A DNA stretch of 64,000 nucleotides from Utricularia gibba (lineage: Eukaryota > Plantae > Magnoliophyta): positions 5,022,001-5,086,000 of the forward strand of contig CM007989.1 in the NCBI GenBank assembly GCA_002189035.1. The letters run 5' to 3'. How positions within the stretch are numbered: the first letter of the stretch is position 1; each line of letters starts with the position of its first letter. The translations under genes were made by a program, and so were the position numbers. The notes under the pieces were generated by a model. It did not search any database and was not told the DNA's origin. It was given only the letters and a program-made list of their open reading frames with translations. Below, one piece after another: positions 10,702-23,903 of the stretch.

Positions 10702-12071
10702 TGATAGCACACAAAATTTTCTATTTTATAATAATAAAATTATGACTTTTTATTATATTTTAATTCTTTAGTTTATACTTTCAAATATTTTCCCAAAACT
10801 TAGGGAACATATGAATTTTATGTGCAAACGGGCTAAATCGCATCCCATGTGATTAACCCTCTTTTGGGTCTAGCAGCAAGTCACAAAAATCAGGGTAGAC
10901 AATATGGATTTCATGTAAGCATCAAGTCGCAGAGGAGAAAGTAACATGAAGGAAGGAATAATGAGTGCACTATCGTGGTGGCAGTCTGCAAGTCAAAGGC
11001 AAGAACAGCGGTGCTGTCAAAGATAGTACTTGTCTTCGGAAATGAAAGAAGAGAAGATAATTTTGGAGAAGATTTAATCGTAAAGAGCTTCGAGAGCTTC
11101 AGCAACGGCACACAGGAAGCTCCAACACCACGAACACTAAACCAGAAAGAAGACGAAGTTGATTTGTTCAGAAGGATGTAAAAAACAAGAAGAACAAGCT
11201 CAAGAACCCAATGAGTGCTACTATTCCACGTTGTGAAGAGTAGTTGACATAAAATAGAAAATTTTATTTGCTTAGTTTACAGAATATTGTACTTTCGTTA
11301 GCTGTTTGTTTGACAATATTGAGGATATTTTTTTCAGTTTATGACTATGAAATCTTGCTTTATTTTCCATACATGAGTAGCTAATCCTTAGGGATGTCTT
11401 AAGGTGTAAATAGGGTTCATAATATAATTGGTCATTGTTTCTTAGCATTTGTTTCTATCAATCCTCGAGTAAACCTAAGAAGGGAAACAAGTAGCTTCAT
11501 AACTTTAGATACTTGATTTAGAAGTAGATCAAAGAATCAAGGTGAAAGCAATAGGTATTAGTTCAAAGTAGAACCAGTAGAACCGGGTAAACCTAATTCT
11601 ATATATTTTGCATGCGGGTAGACTTAATTATGACGTTGGTGATAATATTGAGGACTCCATTAACTAAAACATGATGAATGAATTCGATAGACTTAGGTTG
11701 TTTGGAGTTGTGAGTATAGAAACTTTCTAGATTAAATTAAGGACCTTAATATTACATCATCTGCATACCATTGAAGTATTTTAGTGTTACTTTGTATTTG
11801 AACAAGTATTTGTTACCTTTCACATTGAGATTTGTTTTTAAACATTGAATTTTACTACCACTATTAGTTTGAGCTTAGATTAAGACCAACGTTTATTTTG
11901 AATTCTGCATCTACTAAAACATTTCGCAAACACCAACTCATTGTGATCGACTCTAAATTTCACTTTACATTTTGTATTTAGTTTGTATTTTGTGAGGATT
12001 AGAAATTATAAATTTATTTGATACAAAGATTTCATTTTTCGCAATGATTTTAAGAAATTTTTCTTTTATCA
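10702..12071 (+). mobile_element. Solo LTR, family A (Ty3/Athila-like), copy 1, in gag of old copia
   Basis: TGATAG...TTTTATCA; near-TSD GTCAT/ATCAT; aligns with 47430-48787 (ATGAGTAGCTAA, TTGTTACCTTTC, ATAAATTTATTTGATAC blocks). Confidence 0.85.
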
Positions 12072-12297
12072 ATCATACCCTCCATAATCCCTTTAAACTG
12101 CTATGTGGTGACTTGAGTATCCATCTTCTTTTTTTACCCAGCTTCCTATAATCCAGCCAAATGCTCTTCAAATCTATTGGAATTTGTACTTTGAGTGATG
12201 AATCATGGAGTTCCCCATCTATAATAGTAAAATTTTGTGTATGTAGAAAACATGATATAGATAGAACAATATCAAGAGCAACTTGATTCTGATACCA

Positions 12298-12475
12298 ATA
12301 AGAAATTGAAAAAGAAATTATAATGCTTCAAGGAATAGATGAGAGCTTAGAGGTTTCAAATAAATTGAGAGATTGAAGAACTATCATTTCTTACTTTACT
12401 TTTCTTCTATTATATTCAAGTCTAACATAACTATTTACAATACAATTAATATATTTAATCAAATACACTTCAACA
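12298..12475 (-). repeat. 5' LTR of old copia element
   Basis: Follows the PBS, ends CTTCAACA, flanked by TSD TGAAC. Confidence 0.78.
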
Positions 12476-12766
12476 TGAACAACTCACGGTTTAGTTGACA
12501 CAAAGTTGATATGCAGTCATTTATAAAAATGACCACTATCAACTTCTAATTGATGCACTAAGATAAAAATTTTATATATAAGTTGTTCATACATCTTGGG
12601 AGATGTATTAAATCAACTCAAAAAATGTTGAGAATTTGTATCCTCATATTATCTCTAATTGCTTCCAAAAATTACATCGAATCTCAAATCAACTCTAACA
12701 TATTCAAACATCTAAATTTTCAATTAGAACATCCATACAATTTAACTTAACTACAAGCGCATCCCC

Positions 12767-12793
12767 AAACCCTAAACCCTAAACCCAAACCCC
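12767..12793. repeat. Short telomere-like (AAACCCT)n tract
   Basis: AAACCCTAAACCCTAAACCCAAACCC. Confidence 0.7.
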
Positions 12794-14245
12794 ATGTCCT
12801 CGGGATTCTGCATCTAATTTTAACACCCCTTGATCACGAAAAAAATACATTAATAAATATATTTTTAATATTTCTTTTTATAAAAATATGGGGTAATCAA
12901 GACTTCAAAAAAAAAAAGAAACTAAGAAATAACGATGATTAATTGATCATTCAACATTGTAATAGAGCATGCATCTAAGGTTATTGTCAAGCAACGAAAT
13001 GGGAATTGCTTCACAAATTAGGCTGCCTCAATTTGCTAGCCATCATCCATGTGTTTGATAATAATATTTTTAATTTATGCATGATATGCAAACTTCCTAT
13101 AAAATTATGTCTCCTAAAACTTTTTATCCTATGCAAGTTACCGAGGTTTGATTTTTTTGTATCATGTCTACAGGTTTAATGCATGCATCTGCAAGCAAGA
13201 TAACATAAAAAAACAACAAAAAACAATAAAATGAAGATATAAGCACAGAGACAATCAACAAAGAACTATGGTATCCTATAACAAACAAACAAATATATAA
13301 TATTTCATTACAAAATCTTGACATAAATTAGTATTTGGTAATAATTTATTTGACCACAAATTAGTTTTGTATTGCAATTTATGCCATTTTTTATAGTAAA
13401 TTAATATATTCATGTGACTCTAATTTTAAATTCGTTTAAATACTTATTTTTAATTTCTTATTGAATGTGGACTTTGTCTTATTGTATTTTTTCTTTTTTA
13501 TTTTTAATTGATGCTTTTTATATTGATAACTATTCTTTTATGAAAATTATTTTTTTTTCATTTTTTAAAATATTAACATTTTTTTATATTTTTTTGTTAT
13601 TCTTACATCTAGATGATTTTTCATTATAAATATATATAATATTTAATACAAATTGACTTACATAGCAGTTGAAAATGCATTATATTTTTATATGGATTAT
13701 TTTTTGTTATAACAATATGCAATATTTACTATAAATGAATTTGTACAACTATTGAACTTTATTGTATTTATATAAATTGGTTTTTGAGTTATTTTTCAAT
13801 ATGAATGTTGATTTTCAAAGATATTTGATTTTCCCCATTTTATAAAGGCTTGTGTTCTTTGATATTCACAATTTTCGTGATTTTTTGATGTAATGTCATG
13901 ATTTCCTTTATTTAAATTAAATTTAGTATATAAATTATATATAGAAAATGACATTTTAGATATGATGCGTGTAATACAATCATGGTAATTATTTAGAGTA
14001 AAATTGCAACACTATAATTGGTTTATGGTATACTTTATCTATATTAAAAATGTATGCCGTAAATTACCAAATCTGAAAACAACTATGGTTGATTTTGATG
14101 TTTTCCCTTAAAAAATGGTATAAATTACATAACAAAATTGATATATGGTAAAATTAATTATTAACAAATACATATAGCATAAATTATGAAATTAGGTTTT
14201 GCCGTTTCCCCAAAAATAATCCGTAATGTTTTAGGACTCATCTCC

Positions 14246-14410
14246 ATGGTTTATAGTTAGGCATAAGTAGTTGTTACTATTTTAAAAAAGTATAAAATTG
14301 CTCATCAGTGGTTTATAGCTACTATTTATATAAAATGTTTTATAGTTAGGCATAAATAAACTCTATTTATTTTTAAAATAAACCTTGCATGGTTTATAGT
14401 TAGGCATAAA
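14246..14410. repeat. Three dispersed copies of TTTATAGTTAGGCATAA (TIR-subrepeat-like)
   Basis: Copies near 14250, 14339 and 14393. Confidence 0.65.
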
Positions 14411-14453
14411 TAAAGTCTATTGTTTAATCATTAAACTCTCCTATAAAAATTCT

Positions 14454-16402
14454 CAGCTGTGTTACCAAAATACATATTTAAAAAATATCTATTAGTAAAA
14501 TACCTAATGTGTTATAAGAGTTAGTAAAATACATGTGTTCAATATGTGTCAGTGTTGCAATGGAGAGAAAGGGGAAGAGAGAGGAAGGGGCAAGGGGTGA
14601 ATAGAAGGTAAAAAAGTTGGGATAAATCGAGAATTGAATAAACACTCAAACAATTTAGTAGAATGTAAGGTAATTAGGTGCGGTTTAAGAAAATTATGAT
14701 TTCTTTTGATTAATGATTGTCATAATATCTTTTACATATAAATTTTTTAATGTGTAAATTATTTTTAATATTATTTTTATTAAATAAATAAAACATTTGA
14801 GTATTTATATTCATATTAATGAAAATACACATGTATTTTCTTATTAAAATTAATATATTCATTATATTATTAATGTTCAATATTGATAATTGATATATTA
14901 ATAATATTTAATATACTTTTTTAAAGTTATAATATTTTGTTATTAATTTGGATTTGACCGGTCAAATACGGGTTTTGACCAGACCGGCTCCATTCTGGTC
15001 TAGTTTGAAATAGCGATTTCAAATGGGAAAGATGCTCAATGGGTGAAAATGCATGGAATACAGTCTGTGATTGTGTTGGATTGACGAGTGAGAATGCAAC
15101 GAGTACAGAGTGTGATTGCGTTGGATGGATTTTTTAGCAATATAGCCTGATTTCAAAATTTTATTAATGAAATAGCCCTCTTTCAGAATTATTGGCAAAC
15201 TAGTCCTCCTTTGCAAAATTATTTTTTAAATAACCTTCTTTTTATTAAATACTCTAAATTAATATATTTGATATAATAAGAATAATTAATTGTATATGTT
15301 GTGAGTAAAATCAGTGTCTGATGGGAGTCCGATTTTAGGGTGATTAGTGCAATTGGAAATATCACACTTAGTTGCGTTTTTTGCGGTTGGTTAGATAGAA
15401 ATGAGAGTGAGCGAAGATTTTTACGTGGAAACCGCCGGAAAGTGAAAAAATCACGGAGTTATCGGAGATCGAAAGAGATTTCCACTAGATGGAGTTGGCG
15501 GAGAAGAGAATACAAGTTGAAGAGTTCTTCCAGTCTAACCACCTATTCGTCATAATTCCTTCTACTTATAGCAGAGCTCAGTCTAACTGAATCATGTCGT
15601 CTGTAAATGTCGGTTGCTTTCTACACTTGTTATATGATCTCAATTTTCAGATATCAGCCGCCTGTTATACCGTAGTTCGACCGCTTTTCAGACTGTGTCA
15701 TATGGCCATTTCTGTCAGATTTCTGACAGATATCGATCTGTCGATTGGCATTATCCCTCAAAATCTTTTTTGGCAGCCTTTTAGAAACCGATTACCCTCA
15801 ACCGATTTATCCCCTATCAGTATTCATGCAACGTATATATAAAAATTTAACAATTCAAACAATTGTAATATTAATGCAATTAACTATAATTGCAAATATA
15901 TAAAAATTAACAATGATGCAACGTTATGGATAAAAAGTTTATGCATATATAAAAATTACTAATACATAAAATTGTATTAATAATCCATGCATGTATCTAT
16001 AATCGAATATATTTGCATTAAGAATTATTAATGCAATTTTACATAATCCATGCAATCATAGTTATGATAAGTCACCGTTATACTTTAAAATATAATTTAA
16101 AATATAGTTTTTATCAATTAATAATAATTATATACATTATATTTATAAACTACTCTGCTTATATATTAAATTATATAAATAATGAATAAAATAATTATTT
16201 TAAATAAAACAATACTATTACACAAATAATTACCAAATGGGGCTATTTTACTAAGAATTATGTTGCAGAGGGCTAGATGTCCAACTCACCCTGCGTTGAA
16301 TTACACTGATAATCAAACCGTACATGTATTTTATAAAGACTTTAAAAATCATGGGTATTTTGCCAATCATTTTTTAAAATCGTGTATTTTACTAATTTTC
16401 TC
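14454..16402. mobile_element. Non-autonomous Mutator-like element (outer)
   Basis: Perfect 9-bp TSD AAAAATTCT (14445-14453, 16403-16411); degenerate ~80 bp TIRs with AAAATAC subrepeats; no transposase. Confidence 0.7.
15127..16291. mobile_element. Non-autonomous Mutator-like element (inner, nested)
   Basis: 10-bp near-TSD TGCGTTGGAT/TGCGTTGAAT (15117-15126, 16292-16301); G-started degenerate TIRs with (A/C)TAGCCC subrepeats. Confidence 0.7.
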
Positions 16403-17107
16403 AAAAATTCTCCAAGTCTTGGAAATAGGCCATGTTAAAGAATCTACTTTTTTCGGAATAATATTATAGACATATATTAACCTTGGGTCACTAAAAAAGC
16501 ATTAGTGAATATGCACTCCAAGTGTTATAATAAAGAGTACATGTGTTAACCAAGTGTAATTTGTTGTGATAAATATGTTATGGTAATTCCCAAAACAATC
16601 CGTACTTGTTTTCAGCAGACGTAATTAATTGTGTGTCAAGATGCGTAATTTTATCATAATGTTATTGTGAATATGATTCAACAAGCGTGGGTCATAACGA
16701 TAATAAATAAAGGGCGGTTGTGATTCTTAAAGTAGAAAGAGGTACTCAAATCCAACAACTTTATTCTTTTGCTACAAGATGGATAAGAGTGAAATGATAG
16801 ATATGGCCACCCTTTTTTTTCCTCCCATTAAATTAAATTGAATTAAATTACCCCCCCCATTACAATAAATAGAAATAATAATAATAATTAGCAAGGAGAA
16901 GCACATGATGATGATTTTTATTATCTGCAACAGTCATCATTTCTGTTCTCATTATCACCATCATCACCCTCCTCTCCTTGTCGTCTCCCTGTGTCGAGAA
17001 GATTCTTTGATGTCCCCGCTCGCTGAAAACAGCCCTAATTTCTGAGGGACTGTGAGGAATTTTGGGGCGGGAGTATGACAAAGCGTCGATTTTGAGCTGA
17101 GGGGGCC

Positions 17108-18009
17108 ATGGAGATGGGCAATTCAACAGTGAGAGAAGCGCCGGAGGGGATGTGGCAGCTCCCACCACGGCCACGGGGATCCAGTCGCCCTTTGGGAACG
17201 GGGTGTTGAAGATCCACGCGCCTCTGTACCACAACCACAACCCCAACCACCACCCGGTTGTTATCCGATACAGGGAATGTCTCAAGAACCACGCGGCGGC
17301 GCTTGGGGGTCACGCTGTCGACGGCTGCGGCGAGTTCATGCCCTCACCGGAGGCGAATCCCTCCGACCCAACCTCGCTCACATGCGCCGCATGTGGCTGC
17401 CATCGCAACTTCCACCGCCGGGAGAATGACGACCCCCACGCGCCTCCTGCCGCCTTGCCGGCGCTTGAGTACCAGCCGAACCACCGGCACCACCCCCCGC
17501 CACCGCCCCCGCTCCAGATGGTCAGTAGTCCAAATAACTCGCCGTCGCCGCCCCCCATCTCCTCCTCCTATTTCCCATCCGCACCCCACATGCTCATGGC
17601 CCTCAGCCATGGCCTCGACGGTACGCCCCCCCTCTCAGCCGCTGGCTCCGAGGGTCTATTGTCACGGAAACGCTTCCGTACGAAATTCACCCAAAATCAG
17701 AAGGAGAGAATGCTGGAGTTTGCAGAGAAAATAGAATGGAGAATGCAGAAGAGCGAAGCGGACGCCATCAATGAGTTCTGCAGAGACATCGGTGTCGAAA
17801 AATCCGTTTTCAAGGTATGGATGCACAACAACAAGCACTCTTTCGTCAAAAAGGATCCCGCTCTCCTCCTAAATTCATCCTCCGCCACCACCACTCCGCT
17901 CTCCTCCGCCACTCACGGCGGCGCCGGCGACAGCAACGACAACACTCATAATCATCTCGACACGGGGCGATCTCAAACCTTGGGCACAAATGGGTCTTCC
18001 TCTTCCTGA
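17108..18009 (+). CDS. ZHD: Zinc finger-homeodomain (ZF-HD) transcription factor, intronless; start inferred across a 1-bp frameshift
   Basis: [25 protein letters not shown]...[35 protein letters not shown]...VWMHNNK and terminal NGSSSS. The ORF 17152-18009 has no ATG upstream of the zinc finger. Family-level symbol only. Confidence 0.93.
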
Positions 18010-19282
18010 CCATCAAGTTAGCAACTCGTTTTTCCCAAATTCTTCTGCATCTTATCTGTAGCCATTGAACTAATGCTTTAATTTCATCATCTTGAAGAAA
18101 TCCCTCAATTGCTCTGGTTTTTCTTTCTTTCTGGGTGCTGCGCGGCGGTTGTGTTTCATAAATACCTAATTATTGTTGTCATCAAAGTCCAGCTGCCCCA
18201 ACTTTATCTGTACTTGACGACACGCCTCGCCTCGGAGAATCCCATGTTTATTGCTGTATGATTACATCCCAAAACATTCCATTAATAGCAGGTTTCGCTG
18301 ATCTCACGACTAATCAATCCGGTTCCGGCAACCTACTCTATTCCCCTAGGAACGAAGCCGAATTCACGCCCACGCCCGTGTAGAAATTAAACAAAGGGGC
18401 ATTTGATTGGATATAGCGTAGGGGTAGAGTGGGAAAAGGTGGAGGGGAGGGGAGAGTCACATGTTAGGGCCTGAGGGGCCGCCCGCCTTGCCTTCTTGTG
18501 CCTGCCTCCTGCTGGAGGCCCTCAGTTATTAATTATTTCAAAGCCCTCCACTTTTCCTTACTATTATTACTTTCTAGGATATTTTTTGTCCACATACCAA
18601 AAATAAAATTAGGGCAGGCCGTATCCCCTGTCACGACGGGACACGGAAAACACGTTCAAATAAACAGTGTTTTAAAGACGGATAAAGTGTGTTCCACGTG
18701 CGTAAATCAAAGGCCTGAATGATAATACTTTGAGTTCGAAAAATTGCATTTTTTTGCTTCTTTTTCTGTTCCTGAATCCGATCCGAAGCACTTCTGAAGA
18801 GATGAGAAGGAAGGCGATTGGATTACAAGTTCGTGGGCGATGGACTGTACGCCACACCATGGGCTGAGTCGCCCGTTTGTTTTGTTGGCCCTTGTGTTTA
18901 TAAGGATTTTAATTGTTTTTTTGATAAAATCCAGTACTTGGGCATGAATTATGATCTATATTTATGGGAGAAGAGTCTTCAAGCATTTTTTGCAATCTTC
19001 AAGTATCCAACTTCCCAAATGAAATTGTGCGAATGTGATTCAACTTGTTCTAGAGGATTTCCTTGGAAGAAAACAATAAATAAGCTTTGGGATTTGGAAA
19101 ACCAACAACAATAACAAAAAGATGTACATATCTAGAGAGCAAGGTGGGAAACACAATTTCTATTAGATTAAATTTGAAGTAGCAATCTTATCAAATCCTT
19201 TTCCTAAATGACAACTTGAGAAATGAAAGGAAACAAGCATGCAGTTCCCGAATTTGGAATCTGATCTCAACATCTCCGAACT

Positions 19283-20676
19283 TGATAAATTGGAATTTTC
19301 TAATATCGTTGCAAATAAAAATAGAAAATCCGCATCAAATAAATTTATAGTCCCTAATTTACACAAAATACGAATTTGGAAAACTTGTATAGTGGATATC
19401 GAGGTCGATTACGAAGAGCTTGTGCTTGCTAAGTGTTTTAGTACATGCATAATTTCGGATAGCAATAGATCTTAGTCTAAGATCGGACTAACAGTGATAA
19501 ACAAGTTCAGTAAACAAGGTCGGTAACCAATATCAGGTTTTTACGCTAAGGTAACAGGTACTAGTTTTGACTCAGATTAATACGAGAACGCCTTAAGGAT
19601 CTGCGGGTGGTGTTATGCTAAGCTTCCTAACTTAATTTATTATCTTCCCACACTTACAACTTCAAATAACCTTAGTCTACACAGGTCATTCATCATATTT
19701 TTGGCTTAAGCTAGTCCCCAATATCATAACCAATATTGCAATTAGGTCTACCTGCATGCAAGGTATATAGAACTAGGTCTACCCGGTTTTATTGGTTCTA
19801 CCCTGGACTAACACCGACTGATACCGTCTTGATTTGTTGGTCTACCTCTAAACCAAGCATTTAAGTTGTGAAACTACTTGCTTCCCTCCTTAGGTCTACC
19901 CATGGTTTGTTGGAAACAAGAGTTAAGGAATACACATAAATTTCATTATCAACCCTAAGCACACACCACCCAATTCACCTTAAGTCATCCCTAAAACTCT
20001 AGCCACTCATGTTTGGGAAATAAAACATGATTTCATTCATATAAGTTGGCCAAAGTGGCAGAAACATTGTAAACAAGTCAAATGCAAAAATTCGAAACGT
20101 TCAGAAAGCTAGAAGGTAAATAAAGATTGTTCTTCTGCCCGTTAGCTACTGTTCACCGCCTGGAATAGTAGTGCTGCATTGGGCTCTGGTGCTATTCTTG
20201 GTGATGAAGGCCTCCCTTCCCCCTTCTGGTTGGTGTTTTTCACGTTGGGGAAGAAGACCCCTTTGCGTCCCCCACTGGTCACTCCCCTTCGCGCTCCCTC
20301 CGTTTTCGAAAGAAACTCTCCTTTTGCTTCACTTCATCGCACTATTTCTGATTGCCAGTACTGTTCCTAGCCTGAACTTGCAGACTGCGGTGGCGGTAGA
20401 ACAGTGCTCTTTGTCCTTCTCTAGATTTTGTGCCCTTTTTCACTTTTTTCACATGCTTTTCAGTATGATTTTTTGGTGATTGTCCTGCTGATCTTACCGA
20501 AACATTAGTAATAAAAGTTGGGGACTAAACCAAAGGATTTAGTCCACTTTTCAACCTAATTATATAAGATTAACATAAACACCACTAAAACATGAAAAAC
20601 CACATTTATCTAACCTAAACCATAATAAAATATAACTATTTTGCATTATGAATTTCAGGAAAAATGTGTGTCATCA
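19283..20676 (-). mobile_element. Solo LTR, family A, copy 2
   Basis: TGA...TCA termini; perfect TSD GAACT (19278-19282, 20677-20681); reverse complement aligns along 47430-48787. Confidence 0.92.
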
Positions 20677-20706
20677 GAACTAGAGATTTCGTATTTTGTA
20701 AGCTAA

Positions 20707-20917
20707 GGATCCTTTTGGTATTGCTTCAAAAAATAACTTCAAAGAAGTGATTCTAGAAGCACTTCAGTTTTTTTTGGAGCAGGGGTACCCCAGATTTTAA
20801 GAAAATCGAAGCACTTAATTATTTCAGCTCCATGTGTAGCTGAAACAGTACGTGTTTTGTCTAAGAATCACTTCTAGAAATGCTTTTACTGAAGCAAAAG
20901 CTGTACCAAACAGATTC
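20707..20917. mobile_element. Tourist-like MITE (PIF/Harbinger derivative)
   Basis: TAA TSD on both sides; imperfect TIRs GGATCCTTTTGGTA / TACCAAACAGATTC; 211 bp, non-coding. Confidence 0.8.
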
Positions 20918-22811
20918 TAAGTGATGAGATTTTAAACTCCTCTAGATAAAAAGGTACATTGTTTTGCTTGATGCTGCAATATTTATAGATTGAAATATTA
21001 AACTAACAGTTGTGTAGTTGTTGATGATTTTCCATTAGTTGTATTGTCCTTGGTTTATGTGACAACATTAGATGATGAGTTTGAATGGTTTTGAGTCTTG
21101 GACTTTCACTTCTTTGCTTTGTATTTTATTTATTCTTAGACTCTTTTCCTTTGCGATCCCTTAGGACTTGATCCAATAGATCTATCTTTCTTTCATCTTC
21201 TTTCTCCTCATTATAGACTTCCAATCTCAATTAAGTAGTTTCAGCTGGTTTCACCAGCTTTGCATGAATCAACTCATCAACTTCTAACAAGAAATACATT
21301 AACCAATGTATTTCAATATCTCTAGTTATTGTTTTACATGTTTTCAAAATCAATTATAAATTTAATATTTTCTTATTTTAACTAGACAATATTCAATAAA
21401 AGTTTTATAAAATAAATACATTATATAGTTCTTACATGTTCTACGATCACAAAAGCGAAACATAGAATCCTTTGGTTAAATGGTTAATCAAAAGAGTATT
21501 GTGAATAATTTTGTGGTTAAACAACATTTATTATATATTAATACAATAAATATATATAGTTATCCCAATTAAAGAATATATGAAAAATAATTTTAAAATA
21601 GCAATAAATTATTATTCCTTTAAAAAATATATTTATGCCATTATTCACGATGAATATGATGATTAAGTGCAAAAATAAATTAGTAGAATAATAAATATAT
21701 CTTCTCTTATTTAATAAGATTATATAATCAATCGTGTCATTAGAGACATTTCATCTCCTATGATAATCAAATATTCTTCTTAAGTATTTGAAGCCAATTC
21801 GAGATAATATTACATTCCTATAGGCTATAGGGTTACTAAATAGCATGTTGACAAAGAAAATCTTGCAAAAAATAAAATAAAGGTTTAAATTAAATATAAA
21901 AAATATAGTAAAACAATTATATATACAGAGAATTATGAAAGTAAACCTTCATCATAAATCCTCAATCGTAATCATCTATGCTCACATGTTTGATTCTAAA
22001 TAACAATAAACAAAAAAATATGAAAAAAATAAAAGAGCAAAGTGGTCAAAAACATCTTTAATTCTTGAGAAAGTGGAATATTTATCACATAAGATATTTG
22101 AATCTTATATTTATCCAAATTTTTTAAAAGTATTTTCAAATTTTAATCTTATTCACAGATTTTAAAATAAATCTTCATTCTTTGATCTATTTTTGAACTT
22201 AGATCAGTGCCCTTTCAAATTCATAAATTGTTGGGTCTTAATTTGTCATTAAATTGACTTCAAAATGCTCTAAAAACCTATGTATTTTAGAACTCTTTAT
22301 GATATAATTTTCTTATTTATGATGAAATTGACGTGAAAATGTCATAAAAACTCATAATCATTTACTATCAAATTTTCTCAAATAATTTAGAAAATTTACA
22401 TGGTGTGACAACTATTTTTGATAGACCTATATGTAAACTTAATAGTCAAATGGAAGTTCTATATGAAAGAAATTTATAAAATTCATTTAGAAGCATTAAA
22501 TTACTTAAATAAATTATAACCTAATCATGTTTTAGGTGTGTAACATTAACAATGAATCAAGTTGAAGGTATGCAAAGATTATTGCATGATGCAAGGCATC
22601 TACCTTTGCACCAGCTAATACATGTTTGAGACTAGATTAATAATAATTAATATGCTTACTAATGTTATTTTATTATTTATATAAATGGGCTACGTTTACA
22701 CAATGTCAAGACTATTTTTCTGAGAGACATCAAAAAGTGCTTAATCAATGTCGATGATAAATTATTTTTGAAAACCAAACTCGCAAGCTATAAGCACATT
22801 GCAATAAACCC

Positions 22812-23903
22812 AGTAGTATTGCAGGTGGTCAGACTCTGAGTTTTCGTGCTTTGTACGTGACTTGGAACGATTTTGGGCGGAAGACTGACACTGGTCAAGG
22901 CCCCTAACCTACGGCATGTGAGAATTTGCAATAATGATTGGACGCTAACTTGCACGTAAAGGAAAACTGTTGGCGCACACAAGACATAAGGAATGATGAG
23001 AAGGAACCCAAAGGACTTAATGCACGTGAGAAGTGATATAAAAGCCACTTGGAACACTTAGTTTCGGACTTTTCGCATTTTAGCGTAGTACTTAAAACTT
23101 TTGAGTTCTTCCTCCCCTGAAGGAGGAAGAACACTTAGCTTTCATTTTCCTTTCTGTTTTCATGACCCTTGGTGGCTAAAATCTTTTAGTTTATGAGAGA
23201 AGATGAAGTTTACTTCCAAAACTTGAACAATACACTCGGTTCTTTGCCGAATTGATTTTGGATTCTGCATACTTCCACGCATCTTGTTGCAGTCTTTCTG
23301 CAACGACTTCTAGTCAAGATCCATGAGTAGCAGGCCACTCCTCACGGATTATAGTGAAGATCAACATGAAGAGCATCAACTTCAACCCCGCTGGTTCGAG
23401 GGAAGTTTGTGGCCTAGGTACTGCAACAGTGGACAGGTTGTGACCTCGGACTTGCCACTGGCCATTGGAAATAGCTGGGCACACGCATGCAATTCGGTTT
23501 TGAAGGCAATCCTCTTGTCTTCCTAATCATCCAAGGAGGAATCACATGAGGTTATTCTTGTGTCTCCTTGTCAATCAGAGTGTAAGAGAAAGTAGGCTAT
23601 TCCTTGCTCCTATAACCACCTATTCGGAAGAAATCAGTGAAAACCGAGGCAAGGACAGACAAAGGAAGGAGATTGAATCTTATTCCCAAGAACTGCGTCC
23701 CGTAGTTAAGGCCCATCACTTAGGTTGTAACTTTTATTTCTTCATCTTAAAAACCCCTTTTTGAAAAACCGTGTAATTTTATGAAAGTTTCTTACAAACA
23801 CTTTTCATGAAAAACAACTCCCTGAGATTGATACTCGTACTCTGCTTTTTGTGTTTTACGTTTTATAAATATTTAAAATTTGTTGAGGAAACGACACGCA
23901 ACA
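22812..23903 (+). mobile_element. 5'-truncated LTR, family B, copy 2
   Basis: Collinear with ~2105-3225 from GGTCAGACT to GAGGAAACGACAC; ends CAACA; no matching 5' end or TSD found; start approximate. Confidence 0.85.

Larger units (their letters stand above)
495..12475 (-). mobile_element. Old Ty1/copia LTR retrotransposon, host of three nested insertions
   Basis: Diverged ~180 bp direct repeats at 495-676 and 12298-12475. Identical 5-bp TSD TGAAC at 490-494 and 12476-12480. Partial iMet PBS (CTGATACCA, 12289-12297). Decayed gag, integrase, RT and RNase H motifs lie in copia order on the minus strand. Confidence 0.85.

Noticed and set aside
10911-11181. ORFs inside family A/B/C LTRs (also 2627-3096, 20171-20479, 23323-23995, 47654-48041, 62507-63318)
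   Set aside because: They lie wholly within LTRs, are not conserved in frame between copies, and show no protein motifs.
13997-14438. Possible additional MULE (GAGTAAAATTGC ... ATTAAACTC ends)
   Set aside because: No matching 9-11 bp TSD; only the internal repeats are reported.
17035-17912. Several overlapping and antisense ORFs over the ZF-HD gene
   Set aside because: Shadow frames of a GC-rich coding region; no independent motifs.
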